A program made the position numbers and the translations under genes. 64,000 nt of DNA from Cenarchaeum sp. (GTDB lineage: Archaea > Thermoproteota > Nitrososphaeria > Nitrososphaerales > Nitrosopumilaceae): assembly GCA_965242695.1 (NCBI GenBank), contig CBDESU010000001.1, forward strand, positions 1,184,001 through 1,248,000, in the 5' to 3' direction. This document shows positions 52,238-60,850 of this stretch, in pieces (position 1 is the stretch's first letter; each line of letters starts with the position of its first letter). The notes beneath the pieces were generated by a model that saw nothing but the letters and a program-made list of their open reading frames with translations, had not been told where the DNA came from and did not search any database.

Positions 52238-52499
52238 ACGGTAGCCTCAATGCCACCATGCCAAACGGTCGTCCATGTCCGGCTCATTCGCAGATGACGT
52301 CCGGTCGGATGACGGCCGCCGGCCTGCCGGGCCGTTGGGGCCGGCCGTTCGGCATGGCGTTCGGGCCGGCCGTCCGCGCGTAATACAGTGTATTATCCGA
52401 GGGCCTATCTAGATGGGCGGGCAGCCCGCGGCCGCCGGCTTGCTTGGCTTAAATTTTTGGCGTGTTTCGCGCAGTGTTGAGCGGCGGCAACGGCGGCGT

Positions 52500-54197
52500 C
52501 TAGTCCCCGCCCTGCGCGCCCGGCGACGCCCTACGTCCCGCCAGCCGCGCAGCCTCGCCGAACGCGGCGCGCGCCCCCTGGCTGTCACCCAGAGTCCGCA
52601 GCGTGTTGCCGCGCAGCGTGTGCCAGTCCGGCTTGTCCGGCTCCAGGCGGACGGCCTCGTCGCATGCGGCAAGGGTCTCCGAGTGGCGTCCGAGCAGCCG
52701 CAGCGCAATGCAGCGCCCCGCGTGGCCGCCGGCCCTCTCTGGGCCCAGGCGGACGGCCTCGTCGAACGCGGCAAGTGCGTCGCCTCGGCGGTCCAGCGGA
52801 ACCAGCGCGAATCCGCGCGCCTCGTGCATGGCGGCATTGTCCGGATCGAGTCGGACGGCCTCGTCGAACGCGACAAGGGCGTCGGCGTGGCGGCCCAGGT
52901 AGAACAGCGCCCTGCCGCGCGTCTCGTGCGCGCTCGGTACGCCGGGATCGAGCCGGATCGCCTCGTCCAGCGAGGCAAGGGCGTCGGCGTGGCGGCCCAG
53001 GGCGAACTGGATCCTGCCGCACCCCTCGCGCCAGGCCGGGACGCCTGCATCCAGGCAGACGGCCTCGTCTAGCGCGGCGAGCGCATCCTCGAGTCTCCCC
53101 ATGGCGAACAGCGCCTCGCCGCGGCCCGCGTGGCCGTTCGGTATGCCTCGCTCCAGGCGGACGGCCCCGTCGAATGCGACAAGTGCGTCGGCGTGGCGGC
53201 CCAGGGCCAGCAGCGCCCTGCCGCGGCCCTCGTGCCCGAGCGCGTTGTCCCGATGCAGTCCGACGGCCCCGTCGAATGCGGCAAGTGCGTCGGCGTGGCG
53301 GCCCAGGGCCAGCAGCGCCCTGCCGCGGCCCTCGTGCCCGAGCGTCATTTCCGGGTCCAGTCCGACGGCCTCGTCGAACGCGGCAAGGGCATCGGCGTGG
53401 CGGTCTAGGTAGTGCAGGGACCTGCCGCGGCCCTCGTGCGCCCCGGCGCGCCCCGGGTCCAGGCGGACGGCCTCGTCGAACGCGGCAAGTGCGTCGGCGT
53501 GGCGGCCCAGGCTGCGCAGGGCCCAGCCGCGCTCCTCGTGCATGTCGGCGCCCTCGGGGTCCAGGCGGACGGCCTCGTCGAGCGCTGCCAGGGCATCGGC
53601 GTGTCGCCCGAGCCCGGCCAGGGCCGCGCCGCGGCCCGCGTGGCTGGCAGAGGTGCCGGGGGCAAGGCGGACGGCCTCGTCGAGCGCCTCAAGGGACTCT
53701 GCATCGCGGCCAAGCTGGTGCAGCGTCCAGCCGCGGCCCGCGTGGCCGGCGGCGCCCTCGGGATCCAGGCGGGCGGCCTCGTCGAACGCGGCAAGGGCAT
53801 CGTCGTCGCGGCCGAGGTAGAACATCGCCTTGCCGCGGCCCGCGTGGCTCTTGGAATCGCTCGGATCCAGGCGGACGGCCTCGTCGAACGCGGCAAGGGC
53901 ATCGTCGTGGCGATCGAGGACAAGCAGCGCCGCGCCGCGGCCCGCGTGTCCGGCGGCGCTGCCGGGATCCAGGCCGACGGCCTCGTCGAACGCGGCCAAG
54001 GCATCGTCGTGGCGGCCGAGGCGGTACAGGGCCACGCCGCGGCCCGCGCGGCATTCGGAGTCGCTCGGGGCAAGTCTTGCGGCCTCGTCGAACGCGGCAA
54101 GGGCATCGGCAGGGGCGTCCCTTTTGAGCGCCTCGCGGCCCCCGGCAACAAGCCGGCTGCGCTGCTCGGCGTCCCTGCCGCATTCCGTGCCGTCCAT
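52500..54197 (-). CDS. TPR-repeat protein (HADALAAFDEA subfamily)
   Basis: Minus-strand ATAAAT 54225-54220, 28 nt before ATG; about 16 TPR units. Confidence 0.92.
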   Translation of the reverse strand: MDGTECGRDAEQRSRLVAGGREALKRDAPADALAAFDEAARLAPSDSECRAGRGVALYRLGRHDDALAAFDEAVGLDPGSAAGHAGRGAALLVLDRHDDALAAFDEAVRLDPSDSKSHAGRGKAMFYLGRDDDALAAFDEAARLDPEGAAGHAGRGWTLHQLGRDAESLEALDEAVRLAPGTSASHAGRGAALAGLGRHADALAALDEAVRLDPEGADMHEERGWALRSLGRHADALAAFDEAVRLDPGRAGAHEGRGRSLHYLDRHADALAAFDEAVGLDPEMTLGHEGRGRALLALGRHADALAAFDGAVGLHRDNALGHEGRGRALLALGRHADALVAFDGAVRLERGIPNGHAGRGEALFAMGRLEDALAALDEAVCLDAGVPAWREGCGRIQFALGRHADALASLDEAIRLDPGVPSAHETRGRALFYLGRHADALVAFDEAVRLDPDNAAMHEARGFALVPLDRRGDALAAFDEAVRLGPERAGGHAGRCIALRLLGRHSETLAACDEAVRLEPDKPDWHTLRGNTLRTLGDSQGARAAFGEAARLAGRRASPGAQGGD

Positions 54198-54590
54198 GCG
54201 TGCAGGCCGAACGCGCTGAATTTATGCCGTGCGGCCGGCAGGCAGGTCGTGCAGTCCGCGGCCGCGGGGGAGGCAGGGGGCGCCCTAGCGGGCGCGGCGA
54301 TCGAAGGCATTCCCCCGGCGGGGCGGATCCCGTCCCGGCCGGCTTTGGGAGGGGCATCGCGCCGCCGGCCCGCGCGGGGCCTCGTGCGGCGGCAGGGGCG
54401 CCCAGGGTCGCCCGCAGGGAGGCACGGCTCCGGCCCATTGCGCCCCGCGGGCGCTGCGCGGCTCTTCGCAGGACATCCCGCGGCTCGGCGGCGGACGGGC
54501 CCCGATCACTCCCCCCCCCAGAAAAAATGCCCGCTGCGGGGAGAAAGCCTGGACGGAACGGCATAAATCGAACCCGCCCGGCGCGCCCGC

Positions 54591-56027
54591 ATGGGCGGCG
54601 CTGCGGACGACGGAAGCAAAAGTAATGCCGCCCCGCGCGCGCACGGGGGACTCGGCGGCGCCTCGCCCGAAGAGAAGAGGAGAATGCCCAGCGAGGCGTC
54701 GCCTGCCGCGTTCGAGATCGGGGCGGGCCCCGTCCCCGGCAGCGCCGCGGCGCACAGGGGGCGCGGCGATGCCCTGGCGGGCCTCGGCCGCTACGAGGAG
54801 GCGCTTGCCGCGTTCGACGAGGCCGCAAGGCTCGATCCCGGCAGTTCCGCGGCGCACGCCGGGCGGTGCGGGGCCCTGATCAACCTCAAGCGCTACGAGG
54901 AGGCGCTTGCCGCGTGCGAAGAGGCCGTGCGGCTCGACGGATCCAACCACGCGGCCGCCGTGCTGCGCGGCGCGGCCCTCGTGTCCCTCTTGCGGTTCGA
55001 CGAGGCGGCGCGCGGCCTGGAAGCGGCGGCCAAGGCCGACCCCGGCAGCGCCGACGCGCACCACCTTCTTGGAATGGCGCGCGCCGGCGCCGGCGACCTG
55101 CACGGGGCGCTCGGCTCGTTCGGCAGGGCCGTGCAGTGCAATGCGCGCGATCCGCGCCTGCGCGTCACGTACGGCAACGCGCTGATCAAGGCGGGCCGCG
55201 CCGGCGAGGCCCTCGCCGAGTACGACGAGGCCGCAAGGCTCGACGAATCCTCGGCCGATGCCCATGCCGGAAGGGGCGTCGCGCTGCTCACCGGGGGCAA
55301 ACCGAGGGAGGCGCTCGCCGCGTTCACGAGGGCCGCGCGGCTCGATCCCAGTCTGTTCGAGGCGCACGTCGGGATGGGCCGCATACTCCTCGATGCGGGA
55401 AGGCACCGCAGGGCGCTCGCCGCGTTCACGAGGGCCGCGCGCATAAGCCCCGACGATCCCAACGTCCACGCTGGAAGGGGCGGCGCGCTGCTCGGCGCCG
55501 GAAGGCACCGCAGGGCGCTAGCCGCCCTAAAAAGGGCCGCATCGCTCGATCCCGGCAACTCGGTCATACCGTACAAGATGGGCGAGGCGCTGCGCGCGCT
55601 CGGCCGCGACGGGGAGGCGCTCGCCGCGTTCGAGAGGGCCGTGTCGCTGGAGCCGCGCGCGTTCGAGCCGCACTACGCGCGCAGCGAGGCGCTGCTTCAC
55701 ATGGGGCGCGCCGGCGAGGCCCTCGAGGCGTGCGACGAGGCCGCAAGGCGCGGCCCCCGCATCGGAGCAATCCACAACCTGCGCGGCCTCGTCCTCGGCA
55801 GGCTAGGCAGGCACGGGGAGTCGCTTGCCGCCTACGACGAGGCGGCGCGGCTCGAGCCCAGCTCGGGCCATGTCCTGTGCGGCCGCGGCGCGGCGCTTGC
55901 AAGCCTCGGCCGCCTGGACGAGGCGGCAGCCGCGTTCGACGAGGCGGCGCGGCTCGAGCCGGGCGACAGGTACGTCGCAAAGGCGCGCGCCGGCGTCATG
56001 CGCGCGGCGGCCGGCGGCATGCGATGA
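54591..56027 (+). CDS. TPR-repeat protein
   Basis: ATAAAT at 54563 (28 nt); about 12 TPR units. Confidence 0.92.
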   Translation: MGGAADDGSKSNAAPRAHGGLGGASPEEKRRMPSEASPAAFEIGAGPVPGSAAAHRGRGDALAGLGRYEEALAAFDEAARLDPGSSAAHAGRCGALINLKRYEEALAACEEAVRLDGSNHAAAVLRGAALVSLLRFDEAARGLEAAAKADPGSADAHHLLGMARAGAGDLHGALGSFGRAVQCNARDPRLRVTYGNALIKAGRAGEALAEYDEAARLDESSADAHAGRGVALLTGGKPREALAAFTRAARLDPSLFEAHVGMGRILLDAGRHRRALAAFTRAARISPDDPNVHAGRGGALLGAGRHRRALAALKRAASLDPGNSVIPYKMGEALRALGRDGEALAAFERAVSLEPRAFEPHYARSEALLHMGRAGEALEACDEAARRGPRIGAIHNLRGLVLGRLGRHGESLAAYDEAARLEPSSGHVLCGRGAALASLGRLDEAAAAFDEAARLEPGDRYVAKARAGVMRAAAGGMR

Positions 56028-56079
56028 CGTCCCGCGCCATGGCACGGCATAAATCCGGCGCATGGGCGGGTCGGCACGA

Positions 56080-57066
56080 ATGGGCGCTGTTCAGGACGGC
56101 AGTCGGAATCGGCGCGGGGAGGCGGCCCGCGGGCCGGACCCCGGCATCGGCACTCCCCCAGTGCCCGGCGCGATAGAAAGGGCGGGGGCAGAGCTTGCAG
56201 AGGCCTTCAAGGGCGTCATGGACGCCGGCAGGATGACGGACCGCGCCGGCAGGGCCGTCGATGCGATGGACGAGGCGCTGCGGGTAGAGGGAGAGCATCC
56301 CATAGCCCGCGTCGCGAGGGGCTATGCGAGCCTCATCAGGGGCGACTATGCAGGGGCGCTGGCCATGTTCGACGACATCCTGCGCGCCGATCCCGAAATG
56401 TTCGAGGCGCACGCCGGAAGGGGCGAGGCGCTTCTCAAGGCGGGGCGCCCCAAGAGGGCCCTCGCCGCGTTCAGCAGGGCCGCGCGCATCAATCCCGAAA
56501 TGTTCGAGGCGCACGCCGGAAGGGGCGAGGCGCTTCTCAAGGCGGGGCGCCCCAAGAGGGCGCTCGCCGCGCTCGACAGGGCCGCATCGCTCGCGCCCGG
56601 CGGCTTTGGCATCCACCTCAAGCGGGGCGAGGCGCTGCGCGTGCTCGGCCGCCCCAAGAGGGCGCTCGCCGCGCTCGACAGGGCCGCATCGATTGAGGGG
56701 AACGTGTGGACGGTGCACCTTGAGCGCGGCAGGGCCCTCCAGGACGCCGGGAGGACGGACGAGGCGCTTGCCGCGCTCGACAGGGCAGGATCCCTCGGGC
56801 CGGACCGCCACGAAGTGCCCACCGTGCGCGGCAACGTGCTCCTGAAAGCAAAGAGGTACGGCGAGGCGCTTGCGGCGTACGACGAGGCGGAGCGCCTCGG
56901 CGCCCTTGCGGCCACAGTCCAGATAGGGCGCTCCGCCGCCCTTGTCGGAATGGACCGCCTCGGCGATGCCCTTGCCGTCTTGGACAAGGCGAATCGTCTC
57001 GATCCTGGCGACAAGAAAATTGCCGAGATGCGAAGGCTGGTAGAAATCAGGATGCGGGGCAGGTAG
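56080..57066 (+). CDS. TPR-repeat protein
   Basis: ATAAAT at 56049; ATG 56080 fits the spacing better than ATG 56062; duplicated PEMFEAHAGRGEALLKAGRPKRALAA. Confidence 0.88.
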   Translation: MGAVQDGSRNRRGEAARGPDPGIGTPPVPGAIERAGAELAEAFKGVMDAGRMTDRAGRAVDAMDEALRVEGEHPIARVARGYASLIRGDYAGALAMFDDILRADPEMFEAHAGRGEALLKAGRPKRALAAFSRAARINPEMFEAHAGRGEALLKAGRPKRALAALDRAASLAPGGFGIHLKRGEALRVLGRPKRALAALDRAASIEGNVWTVHLERGRALQDAGRTDEALAALDRAGSLGPDRHEVPTVRGNVLLKAKRYGEALAAYDEAERLGALAATVQIGRSAALVGMDRLGDALAVLDKANRLDPGDKKIAEMRRLVEIRMRGR

Positions 57067-57457
57067 TGCGGCTGCACGAGGGCGGGCGCGGGGCGGCAGG
57101 GTCCGCGGCATGCGGCCGCGCGCCCCGCGGCATGCGATGCGGCGTGCGCCGCGTTCGCGGCCGCACTCCTTGCGCGCGCGAACTCTGCGCCGCCGCGATG
57201 GCCTGGACCGCAGCCGCCGCGGCCGACTGCGCGGCGCGACGGATTCCGGCCGTTCCCTCCCGTTCGCCCGCCTCCCCCCGAGCCCGCCGGGCCGCAGGCA
57301 GGGGCGCGATCCCCGCGCGGTGGCCCCGATGCGACACGGGCAGGAGGGGCCGGAAAAAAGGGAGCGTGCCGGGCGCAGGCGGGGGCTCCGGCGCCCGATC
57401 GCCTGAAGGCGGCGCCGGCAGAGGGTTGCGCCAGGCCCGGCCCCGCAGAACCCACGG

Positions 57458-57730
57458 CTACCGGGCCCGCTCGATGATCTCGACGTCGACGGACTCGATG
57501 CCGTCGCCCCCCTCGGCGCCTGCGCCCCTGCCGGCGCGCCGAACAGTCACCATGCGCGGCCGCTCAAAGTCGTCGGTGCACTCGGGGCACGAGTACGCGA
57601 GGACGCGCCGGCCGTCAGAGGCCCTCGTGCTCGACAGGTGCGGATAGTACAGCATCGCCGCGCCGCAGTCGGGGCAGTGCCGGCCGCGCGATCCGGCCGC
57701 GCCGCGCCGCTTCCCCGCCGCCGCAGCCAT
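57458..57730 (-). CDS. Small Zn-ribbon protein
   Basis: HCPDCG ... YSCPECT. Confidence 0.65.
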   Translation of the reverse strand: MAAAAGKRRGAAGSRGRHCPDCGAAMLYYPHLSSTRASDGRRVLAYSCPECTDDFERPRMVTVRRAGRGAGAEGGDGIESVDVEIIERAR

Positions 57731-57742
57731 AGCGCAAGCACC

Positions 57743-58378
57743 CTATTTTGGCGGGCCACGCAGCAGGATGCCCTCGATGCCTGGACCTGCCGAGTACAGC
57801 GTCGTCTTGATTCCGTCTAGCGGATCGACGGATGCATCCATCGATGCGGTGTTCCGTGCGGGATCGGTCACTTCGACGAAGAAGTTTTGCAGGCCGTCTG
57901 ACGCGGCGCCCCGCGGCAGCCCCGGCGACTCGGCGTATTTTTTTCTGGCCTCGGCCGCCATGGGACTCCCCCCGTAGCAGACGGCCGCGAGCGGGCGGGG
58001 GCCGGCCGGAAACTGAACGTCGTTTGCGGCGCAGACCTTTTGCAGTATTCTGTACAGCAACCGCATGCGCTCCTTGTTTGAAATCAGCCCAGACAGCCTT
58101 TCTACGTCCGACAGTATGCGGGACCTTCCATGGCCGCGGCACTCGGCCAGCAGCAGGCAGTCCCCCTTGACGGCGATTATGTCCGGGGCCCTCGTCGCAG
58201 CCCGCCCCCTGCCACGCGGATCACTCGACGGGCATGGTATGGAAAAAGTGCCCCAGTGTCCAGGCGGGTTGAACGCCACAACGGACCAGCCGTGCCCCAG
58301 CAGCCATTCCTTGACAGCGAACGCGACGTCGTACTCGCTGGGCAGCGGCCTCCCGCGCCGGCCGCCTTGTCCGGTCAT
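57743..58378 (-). CDS. PD-(D/E)xK-fold nuclease-like protein (Hjc/Mrr-like)
   Basis: SEYDVAFAVKEWLLGHGWSV...PDIIAVKGDCLLLAECRG; Arg replaces the ExK Lys. Confidence 0.65.
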   Translation of the reverse strand: MTGQGGRRGRPLPSEYDVAFAVKEWLLGHGWSVVAFNPPGHWGTFSIPCPSSDPRGRGRAATRAPDIIAVKGDCLLLAECRGHGRSRILSDVERLSGLISNKERMRLLYRILQKVCAANDVQFPAGPRPLAAVCYGGSPMAAEARKKYAESPGLPRGAASDGLQNFFVEVTDPARNTASMDASVDPLDGIKTTLYSAGPGIEGILLRGPPK

Positions 58379-59134
58379 GGCGGCCCCGCCCTGGCGCGCA
58401 CGGCGCCGTCGCCAAGACATGCGAGGCCGGCCGCCGGGCGGATTCGCCGCCGGCGGCGGACGGCGGATGGGCGCGCCGCGCGCATGCGCCCAAGCGCGGC
58501 GGCAGGATCGCGCGGCTGCAATTCAGGGCGGCAGCCTCGCATCCATTGCGGCCGGGGCCGCGCGACAAATTGGGGTCGCGGGGCGGCGATCGGCTGCGCG
58601 CCACTCCTCCCCGACTGATTCAACGGCCCGCTGTCGCAAGCTGCGATCCGGTGCAGCGCCTCCATCCCCGGCCCGCCCGGCTCCCCGGACGCCGCTTCCT
58701 CCGAATCTTTGCGGGCTTTGTCGGCCGGGGCCAGGCCGCGCCTCCTGCGATCGGCCCGACCTTCTGCGCCGGATGCGGCGCCCGGCCCTAGAACCAGCAC
58801 GCTGCGCCCCTGCCTTGCTTCTCGCACCACCGCGCGGCCTGCCAGGCCGCCCTTATAATCCCCAACCTGACGTGCAAGATGCGCCGGCCGGGGGCAAGGG
58901 CCACGAATTATGCAATGCCGCACTGCGGCGGCGACTCCTCGCGCCCCGTCCACGAGCGGACAGTGCGGGGCATGCTGCGACGGCTGCCGCCGCCTGCGCC
59001 GGCCTCTTGGCACCGCACGTTTCAGGGGCGCGGCCAAGGGGGAGCCGCCATGTTCCTGCAGGGGCCCGCATGCCCGTCGCGCATCGGCGCCCCGCACGGG
59101 CGGCGGCACCAGCGCGCAGCGCACGTGCCAAAAA

Positions 59135-59211
59135 TGGCGCCGCCCACCAGACTTGAACTGGCGACCAACGGATTAACAGTCCGACGCTCTACCACGCTGA
59201 GCTAGGGCGGC
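59135..59211 (-). tRNA. tRNA-Asn(GTT) with encoded CCA
   Basis: GCCGCCC/GGGCGGC acceptor stem, TAGCTCAG..TGGTAGAGC D arm, CTGTTAA anticodon loop, GTTCAAG T loop; TTAAAT upstream, T5 downstream. Confidence 0.96.
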
Positions 59212-59269
59212 CCGATCAGCGGCGCCGGCCTAGCCGATTTAACCCTTGCGACCTTCCGGCCAAGCCGGC

Positions 59270-59608
59270 CTAGCCCGGCGCCTGCGGCGGCGGCGCCGGC
59301 CCCCCGCCCCCCTCGCCCGGCGTATTGAACCGCGCAAAGAACTCGCGTATGGGCCCCGCGCGCGACTCCACAATCTCGACGATCTCGACGTGCTCGTCCG
59401 GCGTCGGCTCCCGGCGGTGGAACGACTGGAACGCGCCGAGCGCCGAGCCGACCATCTCGCCGACAAAGAACCCGCACAGAAAGTCTCCCGGCCTCTCGGC
59501 CTTCCACACGCCGCCTATGCGCGGCGAGGCGCCGGCCTTGCGGTACAGGTCGAGCGTCTCGTCGACGAGCGCCTCTGTCTTCTTGCGGAAGTCCTTGTCG
59601 AGCGCCAT
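59270..59608 (-). CDS. Conserved thaumarchaeal-type hypothetical protein
   Basis: Globular composition (GDFLCGFFVGEMVGSAL), host-like codon usage, between rpl6 and the tRNA. Confidence 0.75.
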   Translation of the reverse strand: MALDKDFRKKTEALVDETLDLYRKAGASPRIGGVWKAERPGDFLCGFFVGEMVGSALGAFQSFHRREPTPDEHVEIVEIVESRAGPIREFFARFNTPGEGGGGPAPPPQAPG

Positions 59609-59650
59609 GCCGCTGCGCCCCCGCCCGCCCCTCCGCGCCCGGCGCGCGCC

Positions 59651-60289
59651 TCAGGCGCTTCCGGCGGCGGCATCGCCCATGCCGGCGCGCTTTTCGTACA
59701 CGTAGATGCCGTCGAGGAAGACCCGATGGTCCTTGTTCTTTACGCGCGTGTGCTGCTGGAGGTTTGCCGCCGTCTGCGCCACGTCCGTCAGCACCGGCCC
59801 CGTGATCACCACGTCCTCGCCCTGCGGGTCGACCCTGGTGCCGCGCCCGACTATCCGCGCGCGCCTCGCCGACCTCTCGCCCTGGAAGTTCTCGACGAGT
59901 ATCTCGCCGCCGTCGACCCTCACCGTGATCGGAAAGTGCGCGTACACGACCTTCATCCTCACCGTGTACCCCTCCTGCACGCCGCCGACGAGGTTGCGTA
60001 TTATCGAGCATGCCGTGTTCAGCACGGAATAGTCCCTCTTGCGCCGCCCCGTCGCCTTTGCCGTGACTGTCCGCCCGTCGCCGGAGACCTCGATCGCCAC
60101 CGGTATGCGCCTAAAGTCCTTGACGGCGTCCCCGAGCCTCCCCTTCACGCGCATCGTGCCCTTTGCAAACCGCAGCTCGACCCCGTCGGGCACCTCGATG
60201 ACCTGCTCGAGCCGCTCGGCCGGTATCGAGCCGCCGCCGCGGCGCGGCGATGCGCCGCCGGCCGCCGCCGGCTCAGTAGACGTACCCAA
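59651..60289 (-). CDS. rpl6: 50S ribosomal protein uL6
   Basis: VYAHFPITV, ENFQGER, KDHRVFLDGIYVY. Confidence 0.96.
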   Translation of the reverse strand: MGTSTEPAAAGGASPRRGGGSIPAERLEQVIEVPDGVELRFAKGTMRVKGRLGDAVKDFRRIPVAIEVSGDGRTVTAKATGRRKRDYSVLNTACSIIRNLVGGVQEGYTVRMKVVYAHFPITVRVDGGEILVENFQGERSARRARIVGRGTRVDPQGEDVVITGPVLTDVAQTAANLQQHTRVKNKDHRVFLDGIYVYEKRAGMGDAAAGSA

Positions 60290-60665
60290 TCAGGAACCCC
60301 CCTATGCCCTCGCGGACCGCCTCGTTGTGGGACTTTACGCCGCGGCTCGTCGTCACAAGGAGCATGCCGCGGTCGTACGACGGCAGGTACTGCTGCTCCC
60401 AGAACGCGTACTCGTCCTTGCGCACCTTGAAGCGGGGCGATATGGCCCCGCACTTTGTGATGCGCGCCTTTAGCGAGACGCGGAACTTGCCGCCCCGGTG
60501 GTCGTCGATGCGCTCGTAGTCGCCGATGTACCCGTGGTCCTTGAGGACCGCCAGGACGCGCTCGCACAGCGAAGAGGCCGGGTGGACGAGGCACTCGCCG
60601 CGGCGCCGCGCCTCGGTGTTGTACAGCGTGACGAACAGGTTTGCAAGGACGTTTGTTGCCGGCAA
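60273..60665 (-). CDS. rps8: 30S ribosomal protein uS8
   Basis: TTG start after GAGGTGA; PATNVLANL, IDDHRGGKF, CGAISPRF, GGFLIGYVY. Confidence 0.96.
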   Translation of the reverse strand: MPATNVLANLFVTLYNTEARRRGECLVHPASSLCERVLAVLKDHGYIGDYERIDDHRGGKFRVSLKARITKCGAISPRFKVRKDEYAFWEQQYLPSYDRGMLLVTTSRGVKSHNEAVREGIGGFLIGYVY

Positions 60666-60670
60666 TACGG

Positions 60671-60850
60671 TCACCTCAGCTTCCTGAACCCCAGCGAGGC
60701 GGCCACCTCGCGGAAGCACCTCCTGCAGATCATAAGGTTGTACTTTTGTATGACGGCCGTGTAGTCGCCGCACCGCCTGCACCAGCGCGAGCCGCGCCCG
60801 AACTTGTGCCTCTTGCGCCCCGTGGCCTCGTACGAGCGGTCCTTGACCAT
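60671..60850 (-). CDS. rps14: 30S ribosomal protein uS14 (Zn type)
   Basis: Hand translation MVKDRSYEATGRKRHKFGRGSRWCRRCG...ICRRCFREVAASLGFRKLR; absent from the ORF track. Confidence 0.95.
   Translation of the reverse strand: MVKDRSYEATGRKRHKFGRGSRWCRRCGDYTAVIQKYNLMICRRCFREVAASLGFRKLR

Noticed and set aside
1089-56100. Frequent Met-Gly(-Gly) N-termini as host N-myristoylation signals
   Set aside because: No consistent Ser/Thr at position 6, no export signal, and common ancestry plus GC bias explains it
2-57066. Many long antisense or alternate-frame ORFs (e.g. 3577..5739-, 12250..14583+, 36349..38859+, 41581..43842-)
   Set aside because: Shadow ORFs from high GC and repetitive TPR codons; Arg/Pro/Ser-rich with no motifs or promoters
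2-58400. Diversity-generating retroelement, integron or shufflon driving TPR variation
   Set aside because: No reverse transcriptase, recombinase or transposase in the window, and duplicate pairs show no adenine-specific differences
58375-59124. 249-aa minus-strand ORF next to the tRNA
   Set aside because: Low-complexity composition, no recognisable motif or correctly spaced TATA box
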